Origin: an uncultured Candidatus Rokubacteria bacterium | Lineage (GTDB): Bacteria; Methylomirabilota; Methylomirabilia; Rokubacteriales; CSP1-6 | NCBI GenBank assembly: GCA_963762145.1 | Contig: CAVXJS010000014.1 | Span: 576,001 to 640,000, forward strand | DNA: 64,000 bases | Direction of reading: 5' to 3' | Shown: in pieces, positions 40,625 to 50,405 of the stretch | Layout: the number at the start of each line of letters is the position of its first letter | How positions within the stretch are numbered: the first letter of the stretch is position 1 | The notes under the pieces: model-generated | What the model saw: the letters and a program-made list of their open reading frames with translations, nothing else | Databases searched by the model: none | Told to the model about the DNA's origin: nothing | Made by a program: the position numbers and the translations under genes

Positions 40625-41008
40625 TCAGATGCGCGAATGCGTGTGATGGACGTCCTCACCGCTCCGGCGGCTCATCGCCACGATGCCGATGACGACCACG
40701 ATCACGAGGATCGCGCCGAGGACCATCGCCACGGTCGCGTCCACGCCGAGGAAGGTGCCGGGCCGCTCGACCACGCGCTCGGTCCGCTCGGTGCGGGTCT
40801 CGATCTGCGTGTTGCTGGACGGGGGCTGTGCCGGCTGCGCCTGCGGGGTGCTGCTCGCATCGCCCTGCGGCGCCGGCTTCGTGTCCGGTGTCTGCTGGGT
40901 CTCGGCGGGTGCCGGAGGTGCGGCCGGCTGCTGCGCGGTGACGTCCACCGCGAAGCCACCGATCAGAAGCAGGCTCAGGACGATTCCTGCAATCCAGTTC
41001 GTACGCAT
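40625..41008 (-). CDS. Hypothetical protein: signal peptide, P/Q-rich linker, C-terminal TM helix
   Basis: AAGGAGG RBS; signal peptide; low-complexity middle; TM helix followed by RR. Confidence 0.7.
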   Translation of the reverse strand: MRTNWIAGIVLSLLLIGGFAVDVTAQQPAAPPAPAETQQTPDTKPAPQGDASSTPQAQPAQPPSSNTQIETRTERTERVVERPGTFLGVDATVAMVLGAILVIVVVIGIVAMSRRSGEDVHHTHSRI

Positions 41009-41184
41009 GGGTGCTGTCCTCCTTGCTCAGGAGAGGGAGCAATGGAGGTGCCAGGCCAGGAAGCCCTAAGATCAACTACTTGCGCCGGCCGGCGGACCGG
41101 GCGCTCCGGCAGGGGGCAATTCCTCCCGGGTAGGGGTTTCCCGGCCGCCCAACGGGCGTCCGGACGAGAGTAGAGTCAAGGATC

Positions 41185-42045
41185 ATGGCCACGATGCCTC
41201 GCGCGCGGGCCGGCGGAGCCGCGTCCCGGAAGCCCCGGACGCGACGGGCTCGTCTGCGCCCGGCGCTGCGGTCCGTCGGCCGCGGGCTCGCGCGCGCGGG
41301 CCGCGTGCTGCTCGCCGCGCCGCTCGCGGTGCGCATCGTGGTGCTGGCCGTCGCGCTCGTGATCGTGTGGTCGGCGGTGAACTGGACGTACCAGGTCATC
41401 CGCAAGCCGAGCGAGCTGTTCTTCCCGGTGAGCGGCACGCTCACCAAGGCCCCGGCCGAGACGTGGCGGAGCTACGCGCCGCTCTTCCGCCGCCACGCGA
41501 CCGCCACCATCACTCCCGAGCTGCTCGCCGCGCTCGCGCAGGTCGAGGGCGCGGGTGATCCGGTGGCCCGCACCTACTGGCGCTGGCAGGTGGCGTGGCA
41601 CCCGTTCGAGGTGTATCGTCCCGCCTCGAGCGCGGTCGGCATGTACCAGATCACCGATCCCACGTTTCGTGAGGCGAAGCGCTTCTGCGTGCGCGATCAC
41701 GTGGTGGCCGAGGACGCCTGCTGGTTCCGCAGCCTCTACACGCGGGTGCTGCCGAGTCACGCGGTCGAGCTGACCTCGGCCATGCTCGATCGCGGCGTGA
41801 CTCGCATCCTCGAGCGCCGGCGCATCGTGACCGCGACGCCCCGGCAGAAGCAGGATCTCGCCGCCCTCATCCACCTCTGCGGCGAGGGCGCGGGCGACGC
41901 CCACGCGCGGCGCGGCTTCCGGCTCACGCCGGGGCAGCAGTGCGGCGACCACGACGTCGCCCGGTACCTCGCGCAGGTCAATGGCATGAAGCGCCACTTC
42001 GCCCGGCTGGCCGACGGAGAATCGAGCATCTCGGAGAGGAGGTAG
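41185..42045 (+). CDS. Lytic transglycosylase (SLT)-like protein
   Basis: TM anchor; LLAALAQVEG catalytic-Glu helix; SSAVGMYQIT motif. Confidence 0.75.
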   Translation: MATMPRARAGGAASRKPRTRRARLRPALRSVGRGLARAGRVLLAAPLAVRIVVLAVALVIVWSAVNWTYQVIRKPSELFFPVSGTLTKAPAETWRSYAPLFRRHATATITPELLAALAQVEGAGDPVARTYWRWQVAWHPFEVYRPASSAVGMYQITDPTFREAKRFCVRDHVVAEDACWFRSLYTRVLPSHAVELTSAMLDRGVTRILERRRIVTATPRQKQDLAALIHLCGEGAGDAHARRGFRLTPGQQCGDHDVARYLAQVNGMKRHFARLADGESSISERR

Positions 42046-42047
42046 CC

Positions 42048-43301
42048 ATGCGTCCACGCCCCGCGCTCTCGATCTGGCTCCTGGGTCTCGCCCTCCTGAT
42101 CGGCGGGGTCGCGCCGCCGCCGCCCGCCGACGCGCAGGCGGCGAAGCCCATCAAGATCGGGTTCCTGGCGCCGCTCACCGGCGGCGCGGCCCAGATCGGG
42201 CGCGACACCGTGAACGGATTCGAGATGTACCTGGAGGAGGCGGGGAATCAGATCGCGGGCCGCAAGGTCGAGCTGATCGTCGAGGACACCGCGGGGAATC
42301 CGGGCACCGCGATCACCAAGTTCCGCAAGCTCGTCGAGAGCGATCGGGTCGACATGGTGGTCGGCGAGGTCTTCGCGCACATTGGTTACGCCCTGGCCCC
42401 GAAGGCCGAGGAGTTCAAGATGCCCACCATCTTCCCGGTCATCGCGGCGGACGACCTCACGCAGCGGAAGCCGTCGAAGTGGGTGGTGCGCCTCGGGTGG
42501 ACCGGGAGCCAGCCGTCGCACCCCTTCGGGGAGTACGTGGCGAAGACCCTGGGCTACAAGAAGGTCGCGGTCTTCGGGACCGACTACGCCTTCGGCTACG
42601 AGGTGGTGGGCGGGTTCCAGCGAAGCTTCGAGGAGGCGGGCGGCCAGATCGTCCAGAAGCTCTGGGCGCCGCTCGGGACCAGCGATCTGGCGCCCTACAT
42701 CACCCAGCTCAAGCGCGACGCGGACGCGGCCTTCATCATCGTGGTCGCGGCCTCCGCGCTCCGCTTCCCGGCTCAGTACCGGGACGCGGGCCTGCTCGGG
42801 CGGCTCCCGGTGATCGGGGGCGCGGTGATCGTGGACGAGTCCATCCTGCCGAGCTTCGGCGACGAGGCCCTCGGCTATGTCACGCCGCTGATGTACAGCG
42901 CGGCCCTCGACACTCCGGCCAACCGCAAGTTCGTGGCGGACTACCGCAAGAAGTACGGCAAGGTGCCGTCCTACTTCTCGGAGACGTGCTACACGAGCGC
43001 GCGCTGGATCAACGAGGCCGCGAAGCTGGTCGGCGGGCAGGTGGAGGAGCGCGAGAAGTTCATGGCCGCGTTCCGCCGGGTCGAGATCCCCGACGCGCCG
43101 CGCGGGCCGGTGAAGCTCGACCAGTGGGGCAACCCGATCCAGAACATCTACGTCCGCAAGGTGGAGCGCAAGGGGGGCGAGCTGCAGAACACCGTCATCC
43201 ACACCTTCCCGGGCATCTCGCAGTTCTGGACCTACAAGCCGGAGGAGTATCTGAAGCAGCCGGTGTACAGCCGCGACTACCCGCCGTGCAAGGCCTGCTA
43301 G
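42048..43301 (+). CDS. Branched-chain amino acid-type ABC substrate-binding protein
   Basis: IKIGFLAPLTG, GRKVELIVEDT and DYAFGYE motifs; AGGAGG RBS. Confidence 0.9.
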   Translation: MRPRPALSIWLLGLALLIGGVAPPPPADAQAAKPIKIGFLAPLTGGAAQIGRDTVNGFEMYLEEAGNQIAGRKVELIVEDTAGNPGTAITKFRKLVESDRVDMVVGEVFAHIGYALAPKAEEFKMPTIFPVIAADDLTQRKPSKWVVRLGWTGSQPSHPFGEYVAKTLGYKKVAVFGTDYAFGYEVVGGFQRSFEEAGGQIVQKLWAPLGTSDLAPYITQLKRDADAAFIIVVAASALRFPAQYRDAGLLGRLPVIGGAVIVDESILPSFGDEALGYVTPLMYSAALDTPANRKFVADYRKKYGKVPSYFSETCYTSARWINEAAKLVGGQVEEREKFMAAFRRVEIPDAPRGPVKLDQWGNPIQNIYVRKVERKGGELQNTVIHTFPGISQFWTYKPEEYLKQPVYSRDYPPCKAC

Positions 43302-43311
43302 GGGCGCCCGC

Positions 43312-44187
43312 ATGCTGACCCGCATCGACCACGTGATGATCTGCGTGCCGGACCTGGCCAAGGGGATCGAGGCCTACACGCGTCTCGGGTTCACCGTCTA
43401 CCCCGGCGGCTCGCATACCGGCCGGCCCACCCACAACGCGATCGCGTTCCACGACGAGGACTATCTCGAGATCCTGAGCATCCGCGATCGGCACGCGGTC
43501 GTCCCCGGCAGCCCGGACGCGGGCCTCGCCGAGTACCTGGACCAGGGGGGCGGCTTCCGGATCGTGTCGATCCAGAGCGACGACCTGGCCGCGGACGTGG
43601 CCGCGATGCGGAGCCGCGGCGTGGACGTGGGCGAGATTCGCGACGGCGGGCGGCGCACCCTGGAAGGCCAGGAGCTGCGCTGGCGCGCCGCGTTCCTCGG
43701 CCCGCGCGACGCCCTGCCGATCTTCTTCATCCAGCACCTGACGCCGCTCGCGGAGCGGAAGGCGCACGCCCGGCGCCTGCCGGATCACCCGAATGGGGTG
43801 ACCGGGATCGAACGGGTCTACATCGCGGTCCCCGACGTGGCCGCGGCGGCCCGGGCCTACGCCCGCGTGCTCGGGGTGCCCGCGCCCGCGGTCCATCGCG
43901 GCGCGGTCATCAAGGCGGACATGGCGGTGTTCGATCTCGGCCCCACCGGCCTCACGGTGGCCCAGCCCGCCGAGCCCGGCCCGGCCGCGGAGGCGCTGGC
44001 CCGCCGCGGGCCCGGGCCCTTCCAGGTGCTCCACCGCACGCGTGATCTCGGCGCGGTCGCGCGCGTTCTGGCCGATCACCGCGTCCCCGACGTGGTCGAG
44101 GGCGTGCGCAACACCGGCGAGCGCGCTCTCCTGGTGCGGCCGGAGCACGCCGCCGGCGCGTATATCGGGTTCGTGGGGATGGCCTAG
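43312..44187 (+). CDS. VOC/glyoxalase-like family protein
   Basis: IDHVMI...GGSH...THNA...YLEI, LPIFFIQH and HPNGVTGI motifs. Confidence 0.85.
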   Translation: MLTRIDHVMICVPDLAKGIEAYTRLGFTVYPGGSHTGRPTHNAIAFHDEDYLEILSIRDRHAVVPGSPDAGLAEYLDQGGGFRIVSIQSDDLAADVAAMRSRGVDVGEIRDGGRRTLEGQELRWRAAFLGPRDALPIFFIQHLTPLAERKAHARRLPDHPNGVTGIERVYIAVPDVAAAARAYARVLGVPAPAVHRGAVIKADMAVFDLGPTGLTVAQPAEPGPAAEALARRGPGPFQVLHRTRDLGAVARVLADHRVPDVVEGVRNTGERALLVRPEHAAGAYIGFVGMA

Positions 44188-44305
44188 CCCCCTCACCCTG
44201 CCCTCTCCCCCTGCGGGGGCGAGGGTTCCTCGACCACACCCTCTCCCCTCCGGGGCGAGGGTTCACGACACCCTCTCCCCTCGGGGGAGAGGGCAGGGTG
44301 AGGGG
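44188..44305. repeat. REP-like palindrome cluster, family B
   Basis: Outer arms CCCCTCACCCTGCCCTCTCCCC / GGGGAGAGGGCAGGGTGAGGGG enclosing three hairpins, between convergent genes. Confidence 0.88.
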
Positions 44306-44313
44306 TCCGCCTT

Positions 44314-45144
44314 TCAGCGCTCGCGCTCGCGATAGTCGCCGAACGCGGCGTCGCGCTGGCTCAGCAGGTCGCGCACGCTCCCGCCGTCGCGCTTGAACTG
44401 GGCGCGGTACTGCAGGCTGGCCTGGGTGGTGAACGCGAGCGCCTGCAGCTCGGTGCCCGCCCGGATGGCCGCGCGCAGCCCCATGATCTCCATCGCCCGG
44501 TGGACCGCACGCTTGTTGATCTGTGACAGCTCGGTGGGCACGAGCGCGATGCGCTCGGCCACGCCCAGCACGGTCCGCTCGAGCTCCGTCGCCGCGACCG
44601 CGCGATTGGCGAACCCGCGCGCGGCCGCTTCCGTCCCGGTGATCGCGTCGCCGGTCAGGAACATCTCCATCGCGGTGCGCATGCCCATCAGGAAGGGATG
44701 GAACTGGTTGTCGGGCGGGCTCATCAGGCGGGTGGGCGGGTAGCCGATGCGCGCGTCCTCGGCCACGTAGACGAGATCGCAGCACGCGGCCAGCTCGCTG
44801 CCGCCGGCCAGGCAGTAGCCGTGCACCTGGGCGATCACCGGCTTGGCCAGATCCCAGATCGTGAACCACCCGTCCACCACGTGCCGCGCCCATTGCCCGG
44901 GGCCGCCGGGGGAGTAGTAGGGCTGGTTCGCCGAGTTGTCGGCGGAGAGATCGTAGCCGGAGGAGAACGCGGGCCCGGCCCCGCGCAGGACCGAGACCCG
45001 CACCGCGGGATCGGCGTCGGCCGCCCGGAGCGCGTCGAGGATCGCGCCGCGCAGCTCGTTGCTGAGCGCGTTGCGCTTCTCCGGGCGGTTCAGGGTGAGA
45101 CGGCGGACGCCGGGGAGGGGATCGTCGAGCAGCAGGACGGCCAT
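44314..45144 (-). CDS. Enoyl-CoA hydratase/isomerase family protein
   Basis: TLNRPEKRNAL, FSSGYDL and KPVIAQVHGYCLAGGSEL motifs. Confidence 0.92.
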   Translation of the reverse strand: MAVLLLDDPLPGVRRLTLNRPEKRNALSNELRGAILDALRAADADPAVRVSVLRGAGPAFSSGYDLSADNSANQPYYSPGGPGQWARHVVDGWFTIWDLAKPVIAQVHGYCLAGGSELAACCDLVYVAEDARIGYPPTRLMSPPDNQFHPFLMGMRTAMEMFLTGDAITGTEAAARGFANRAVAATELERTVLGVAERIALVPTELSQINKRAVHRAMEIMGLRAAIRAGTELQALAFTTQASLQYRAQFKRDGGSVRDLLSQRDAAFGDYRERER

Positions 45145-45153
45145 GGCGGCCTC

Positions 45154-46186
45154 CTAGGCGAGCTGCGCGCGGACGGCGCGCGCGCTCGCGGTCAGCATGC
45201 AGAGCTTGTTGAACGCGGTGTGGCGCGGCAGGTACTTCATGCCGCAGTCCGGGGCCAGGATCAGGCGCTCCGCGGGCACCCGCTCGAGCCCGGCGCGGAT
45301 CCGCGCGGTCACCTGCTCGATCGTGTCCACCCCGGGGTCCGCGAGGTCGATCACGCCGAGGATGATCGTCTTGCCCGCCAGGTCGCTCGAGCACGGCCAG
45401 GTCGAGCCGGGGCTGCGCGGCCTCGATCGAGATCTGCTGGGCGGTGGTGCCCGCGAGCTGCGGCAGGAACGAGTAGCCGGTGGGCTTCTGGTGCTTCACC
45501 ACCGCCGCGTAGCCGAAGCAGAGGTGGAGCGCGGTCGAAACCGTGAGGCCGTGGAGCGCGCGATTGATCGCGGGCACCGCGTAGCGCTTGGCCGCCTCGG
45601 GGTCGTTGCGCAGCCAGGGCTCGTCGAGCTGGATGACGTCGGCGCCGGCGGCCTGCAGGTCGTGGGCCTCGGCGTTGACCGCCTCCGCGTAGTCCATCGC
45701 CAGCTCTTCCAGATCGCGGTAGTGCTCGTTCCGGGCCTGCTGGGCCATGGTGAAGGGGCCGGGCAGGGTGATCTTGGCCGGGCGGTCGGTGTTGCGGCGG
45801 AGGAACTGCATGTCGCGCAGCTCGACGGGCCGCACGCGCCGGATCGGGCCGACCACGCGGGGCACCTGCGTCTCGTTGCCGTTGCGGTCCTTGATGACGC
45901 CGGGGTTGTGGTTGTCCACCCCGTCGAGCGCGGTGGCGAACCGGTTCGAGTAGCTCTCGCGCCGGATCTCGCCGTCGCTGATGATGTCGATCCCGGCGCG
46001 CTCCATGTCGCGGATGGCGACCACGGTGGCGTCGTCCTGCGCCTGCTCCAGGAGATCTTCCGGCACGCGCCAGATGCTCCGCAGGCGCACGCGCGGGACG
46101 CCCTTGGAGAGGGCGGCCCGATCGACGAGCCAGTCGGGCTGGGGATAGCTGCCGACCACCGTGGTGGTGAGCACCTGCTGGGCCAT
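45154..46186 (-). CDS. Single-domain cobalamin-independent methionine synthase-like (MetE C-terminal) protein, frameshift near 45385
   Basis: TTVVGSYP, SDGE, KITLPGP, IQLDEP and HLCFG motifs; APDCG in the second frame. Confidence 0.85.
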
Positions 46187-46205
46187 GGTCTGGACCTCCT
46201 TCGGG

Positions 46206-46949
46206 TCAGGTCTGCCGATAGGCCGCCACCCGCTGCTCCAGGCGGCGGAGAAGGATCTCGTGCATCCCGGTGATGCCGAGCACGAGCACGATGCCCGCGT
46301 AGACCCCGGGGCTATTGAGCAGCGTCCGGTGCCGGGTGATCAGGTAGCCGAGGCCGTCGGCCGCGCCCAGCATCTGGGCCACGATGACGCCGACGATCAC
46401 CAGCGCGCCCCCGAGCCGCAGCGCGGCCACGATGGACGGCAGGCTCGCGGGCAGCGAGACGTAGAGGATCTGCTGGGCGCGGGTGGCCCCGAAGGCGCGC
46501 GCGGTCTCCGCGAGCGCGGGGCTGAGCGCGGCCACTCCCGCGACCGCGGTCAGCATGGTGGGGATGAAGGCGTAGATCGAGGCGAAGGCGATCTTCGACT
46601 CCGAGCCCAGGCCGAACCACACCATCATCACCGGGTAGAGCACGACCAGGGGCACCGCGTAGGCGCTCCGCAGCACCGGCAGGAGCATCCGCCGCGCGGC
46701 CGCCGAGGCGCCCACGAGCTGGCCGAGAAGGATGCCGCCGCCGCACACGATGACGTAGGAGACGGCGATCTCGCCGAACGTGGTGGGCAGGCTGCCGAGG
46801 TACTCCCGCCGGTCGGCCACGAGGGCGCCGAGCGCCTCGCTGAGCGGCGGCACGAAGAGGCGGGGGATCACCCCCGCGCGCGGCAGCAGCTCCCAGGCCG
46901 CGAGGATGGTCAGGTAGAGGGCGGCCTGGCTCCAGTGCAGGCGGGTCAC
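46206..46949 (-). CDS. ABC permease (SsuC/TauC-like)
   Basis: AVPLVVLYP..WFGLG..SKI; ARAFGA EAA loop. Confidence 0.88.
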   Translation of the reverse strand: MTRLHWSQAALYLTILAAWELLPRAGVIPRLFVPPLSEALGALVADRREYLGSLPTTFGEIAVSYVIVCGGGILLGQLVGASAAARRMLLPVLRSAYAVPLVVLYPVMMVWFGLGSESKIAFASIYAFIPTMLTAVAGVAALSPALAETARAFGATRAQQILYVSLPASLPSIVAALRLGGALVIVGVIVAQMLGAADGLGYLITRHRTLLNSPGVYAGIVLVLGITGMHEILLRRLEQRVAAYRQT

Positions 46950-47720
46950 CGGCGCTCCGCGTGCTTGATGTGCTGCCAGATCCGGTCCTTGAGGACGCCG
47001 AAGCGCTCGCTCGAGGTCATCGCGAAGCTGCGCGGGCGCGGCAGGTCGACGGGCACGTCGTCCACCACGCGGCCGGGCCGCGCGCTCAGCACCACCACGC
47101 GGTCGGAGAGGTACACCGCCTCGTTCAGGCTGTGGGTCACGAACAGCACCGTCTTCCGCGTCTCCGACCAGATGCGCAGCAGCTCGTCGCCCAGCACCAT
47201 GCGCGTCTGCTCGTCGAGGGAGGCGAACGGCTCGTCCATCAGCAGCACCGCCGGGTTCTGCACCAGCCCGCGCGCGATGGCCACGCGCTGCTTCATGCCC
47301 CCCGAGAGCTGATGCGGCAGGCGGGTCTCGAAGCCGGCGAGGCCGGTCAGCTCGAGCATGCGGCCCGCGGCCTCGAGGCGCTCCGCCTTCGCCACCCGGC
47401 GCAGCTTCAGCGGGAACGCCACGTTGTCGACGGCGGAGAGCCAGGGCAGGAGGTTGGCCTCCTGGAAGATCACCCCGACCTTGCGGGGCATCGGGCGCGG
47501 TGATCGGCTCGCCGTCGCAGAAGACCGCGCCGCTCGACGGCGCGCGCAGGCCCGCGATCAGCGAGAGCAGGGTGGACTTGCCGCAGCCGCTGGGCCCGAC
47601 CACGGAGACAAATTGCCCGTCCGGGATCTCGAGGTCGATGCCCTCCAGCGCGGTCACGCCGGCCCCGTCCGCGCCGAAGCGCTGCGACACCCCGCGGATG
47701 GCGACCAGGGGACGGGTCAC
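46946..47720 (-). CDS. ABC ATP-binding protein (SsuB/TauB-like), frameshift near 47492
   Basis: GPSGCGKST in one frame; LSGGMKQR, LLMDEPF and VTH in the next. Confidence 0.88.
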
Positions 47721-48472
47721 GAGCGCTGCCGCCACGCGCCGAGCCGGGTCTCGACCAGGCGCAGCGCCTCGTTGACCGCCACCGCGGCCACCGCCACGAG
47801 CACCAGCGCGGCGTAGAGCTGGGGCATCTGGAGGTTCTCGCCCCAGGCCGCGATGCGGTAGCCGATGCCGTCGCGCGCGCCGTAGATCTCGCACAGGAGC
47901 ACCGCGGTGATGTTGAAGACCATGCCGAGGCGCGCCGACTCGAGCAGGATCGGCGCCATCGCGGGCAGGTAGATCTCCCGGATGATCTGCAGCCGGCTCG
48001 CCCCGTACACGCGGCTGACCGTGACCAGCTCGGGCGGCACCGACTGCACCGCCGCGATGCCGCCCATGATCAGCACGAAGATGGTGGTGAAGACCCCGAA
48101 GGCGATCTTCTGCGGGATGCTGACCCCGAACACCAGGATGAACACGGGCAGGAAGATGGACTTGGGCACCCCGAACAGGAAGTTGACGAGCGGCCGGAAC
48201 AGGCCGCCCAGCCCGGGGATCTCGGCGAGGGTGAAGCCGATCAGGAGGCCCACCGGGACCGCGATCAGGAAGGCGGCGACCGCTTCCCACGCGGTGACCG
48301 CGAGGCTCGCCAGCACCTCGGGCCGCTCGAGCAGCCGGACGAGCGCGCCCAGGATCGTGCTCGGCGCGGGCGCGAGGCTCGCGTCGATCCGTCCCAGGCG
48401 CCCCAGCCCCTCCCAGAGGCCGAAGAGGCCGAGGACGACGGCGGCGACGATGACGCGCTCGTGCCGCCGCAT
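47717..48472 (-). CDS. ABC permease (SsuC/TauC-like)
   Basis: VPKSIFLP, SRVYGAS EAA loop and GIGY motifs. Confidence 0.88.
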   Translation of the reverse strand: MRRHERVIVAAVVLGLFGLWEGLGRLGRIDASLAPAPSTILGALVRLLERPEVLASLAVTAWEAVAAFLIAVPVGLLIGFTLAEIPGLGGLFRPLVNFLFGVPKSIFLPVFILVFGVSIPQKIAFGVFTTIFVLIMGGIAAVQSVPPELVTVSRVYGASRLQIIREIYLPAMAPILLESARLGMVFNITAVLLCEIYGARDGIGYRIAAWGENLQMPQLYAALVLVAVAAVAVNEALRLVETRLGAWRQRS

Positions 48473-48482
48473 CCCGGGGTCT

Positions 48483-49445
48483 CTACGGCTTGGTCGGGCT
48501 GATCGGCATGTTCATGAACACGTCGGCGGCGGGCGCCATGTCCTTCACCCCGCTCGCGGCGGCCAGGTCCATGGCCTTCTGCACCGAGGCGAGCGTCATC
48601 TTCCCGTCGCGGGAGAGCCGGAGGAAGGTCTTCTCGTACTCCATCTTGGCGATCTCGATCGGCAGCTCGTTGTTGGCCGCGATGGTCTTGATCGCGTAGT
48701 CGGGATTGTTGCGCATGTACTCCAGCGCGCCGTAGAGCGCGTTGAGCCCCTTCTGGATGAAGGGACGCCGCTCGGTCAGGTTCTTCTCGGTCGCGGTCCA
48801 GCCCCCGATCAGGTTCGGCGGCATCGCGGTGGCGAAGTCCATCAGCACGCGGACCTTGCCCTCCGAGACGACCTGGTAGCTGAGGGGCGAGTAGATGACC
48901 GCGGCGGCGAGGTTGTCGTTGAGCAGGTTGGGCACGAGCCCGCCCCCGCCCACCGGCACCCGCTGGAAGGTGACCTTGTTCTCGCTCTGGCCCCAGAGGG
49001 CGAGCGTGTCGGTGCCCGAGCCGGCCGAGGTGATGCCGACCTTCTTGCCGTCGAGCTCCTTCGCCGACTTGATCGGCGAGGCGGTCCTGACCCCGAGGAT
49101 CCAGCCCGACCACTCGTCGCCGTTGCCGCCGACGATCTTGGTGAGCACGCCGCGGGTGCGCGAGGTCGCCACGAGCGGCACCGCCACCGGACCCAGGTCG
49201 GCCGAGTTCGCCGCGATGGCCTCGAAGGTCTCGCCGCCGCCGCGGTAGATCGTGATCTCCGGCCGGAGGCCCTCCTTCTCGAACAGCCCCTTCTCCTTGG
49301 CGACGGTCGCGAGGATGGTCGGGAAGTACGTCTTGGTCGGGCAGCCGATGCGGATCACTTCCTGGGCGCCCGCCCCCGTGGGAAGGAAGAGCAGCGCGCC
49401 GGTCACCACCGCCAGCGCCAGCCGAGCCATGAGCTTCGTTGCCAT
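48483..49445 (-). CDS. ABC substrate-binding protein (NMT1/SsuA-like)
   Basis: Signal peptide; KGLFEKEGL and LDGKKVGITSAGSGT motifs; AGGAGG RBS. Confidence 0.88.
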   Translation of the reverse strand: MATKLMARLALAVVTGALLFLPTGAGAQEVIRIGCPTKTYFPTILATVAKEKGLFEKEGLRPEITIYRGGGETFEAIAANSADLGPVAVPLVATSRTRGVLTKIVGGNGDEWSGWILGVRTASPIKSAKELDGKKVGITSAGSGTDTLALWGQSENKVTFQRVPVGGGGLVPNLLNDNLAAAVIYSPLSYQVVSEGKVRVLMDFATAMPPNLIGGWTATEKNLTERRPFIQKGLNALYGALEYMRNNPDYAIKTIAANNELPIEIAKMEYEKTFLRLSRDGKMTLASVQKAMDLAAASGVKDMAPAADVFMNMPISPTKP

Positions 49446-49494
49446 GGAGGAGTCCTCCTGAGGAGATCGGGTATCGCCGGGCATCCTAGCACGG

Positions 49495-49523
49495 TTGACC
49501 GCCCCCGCCGACGGCGGTAGATT
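49495..49523 (+). promoter_or_regulatory. Putative sigma70 promoter of the LLM operon
   Basis: TTGACC-N17-TAGATT upstream of ATG 49551. Confidence 0.5.
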
Positions 49524-49550
49524 CGCGCGGTACCTCGAAAGGGAGGCCAC

Positions 49551-50405
49551 ATGGACGCGGGCGCGGCGATCTTCTTCACCGACTACTCGATCGGCCCGGC
49601 GGCGCTGGGCCGGGCGCTGGAGGAGCGCGGGCTCGGCTCGCTCTGGGCGCCGGAGCACTCGCACATCCCGCTCTCGCGCACCTCCGCGTTCCCCCAGGGC
49701 GGCGACCTGCCCAAGAAGTACTACGACGTGATGGACCCGTTCGTCACGCTCGCGGCCGCCGCCGCGGTCACCACGACGCTCCAGGTGGCCACCGGGGTGT
49801 GCCTGGTCGTCCAGCGCGATCCGATCCAGACCGCCAAGGCGGTGGCGACTCTCGACCAGGTCTCGGGCGGGCGCTTCCTCTTCGGGATCGGCGCGGGCTG
49901 GAACGCGGAGGAGATGGCCGACCACGGCACCGAGTTCAAGTCGCGCTTCAAGGTGATGCAGGAGCGCGTCGAGGCCATGCGGGCCATCTGGACGAAGTCG
50001 AAGCCCGAGTACACCGGAGAGTTCGTGAAGTTCGCGCCGATGATGACGTGGCCCAAGCCGGTGCAGAAGCCGCATCCGCCGGTGCTGGTGGGCGGCGCCT
50101 TCCCCTACGGGGCGCGCCGGGCCATCGCCTACGGCGACGGGTGGGTGCCGCACGCGCGCCGGCCCGCCTACGGCGACGTGCTCGGCAAGCTGCCCGAGTT
50201 CCGCGCGATGGCCACCGCGGCCGGGCGCGATCCCGCCACGCTGCCGATCACCGTCTTCGGCGTGGCCGAGGACGCCGATCTCATCAAGCGCTACCGCGAC
50301 GCGGGGGTGGCGCGGCTCATCTTCAATCTCCCATCCGCGAAGGCCGACGAGGTGCTCCCCGTGCTCGATCGCTGTGCTGATCTCATGCGGCAGGTGCAGT
50401 CCTGA
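49551..50405 (+). CDS. LLM-class (probably F420-dependent) oxidoreductase
   Basis: WAPEHSHIP, DPFVTL, TLDQVSGGR, GAGWN.EE and PKPVQ.PHPP motifs. Confidence 0.9.
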   Translation: MDAGAAIFFTDYSIGPAALGRALEERGLGSLWAPEHSHIPLSRTSAFPQGGDLPKKYYDVMDPFVTLAAAAAVTTTLQVATGVCLVVQRDPIQTAKAVATLDQVSGGRFLFGIGAGWNAEEMADHGTEFKSRFKVMQERVEAMRAIWTKSKPEYTGEFVKFAPMMTWPKPVQKPHPPVLVGGAFPYGARRAIAYGDGWVPHARRPAYGDVLGKLPEFRAMATAAGRDPATLPITVFGVAEDADLIKRYRDAGVARLIFNLPSAKADEVLPVLDRCADLMRQVQS

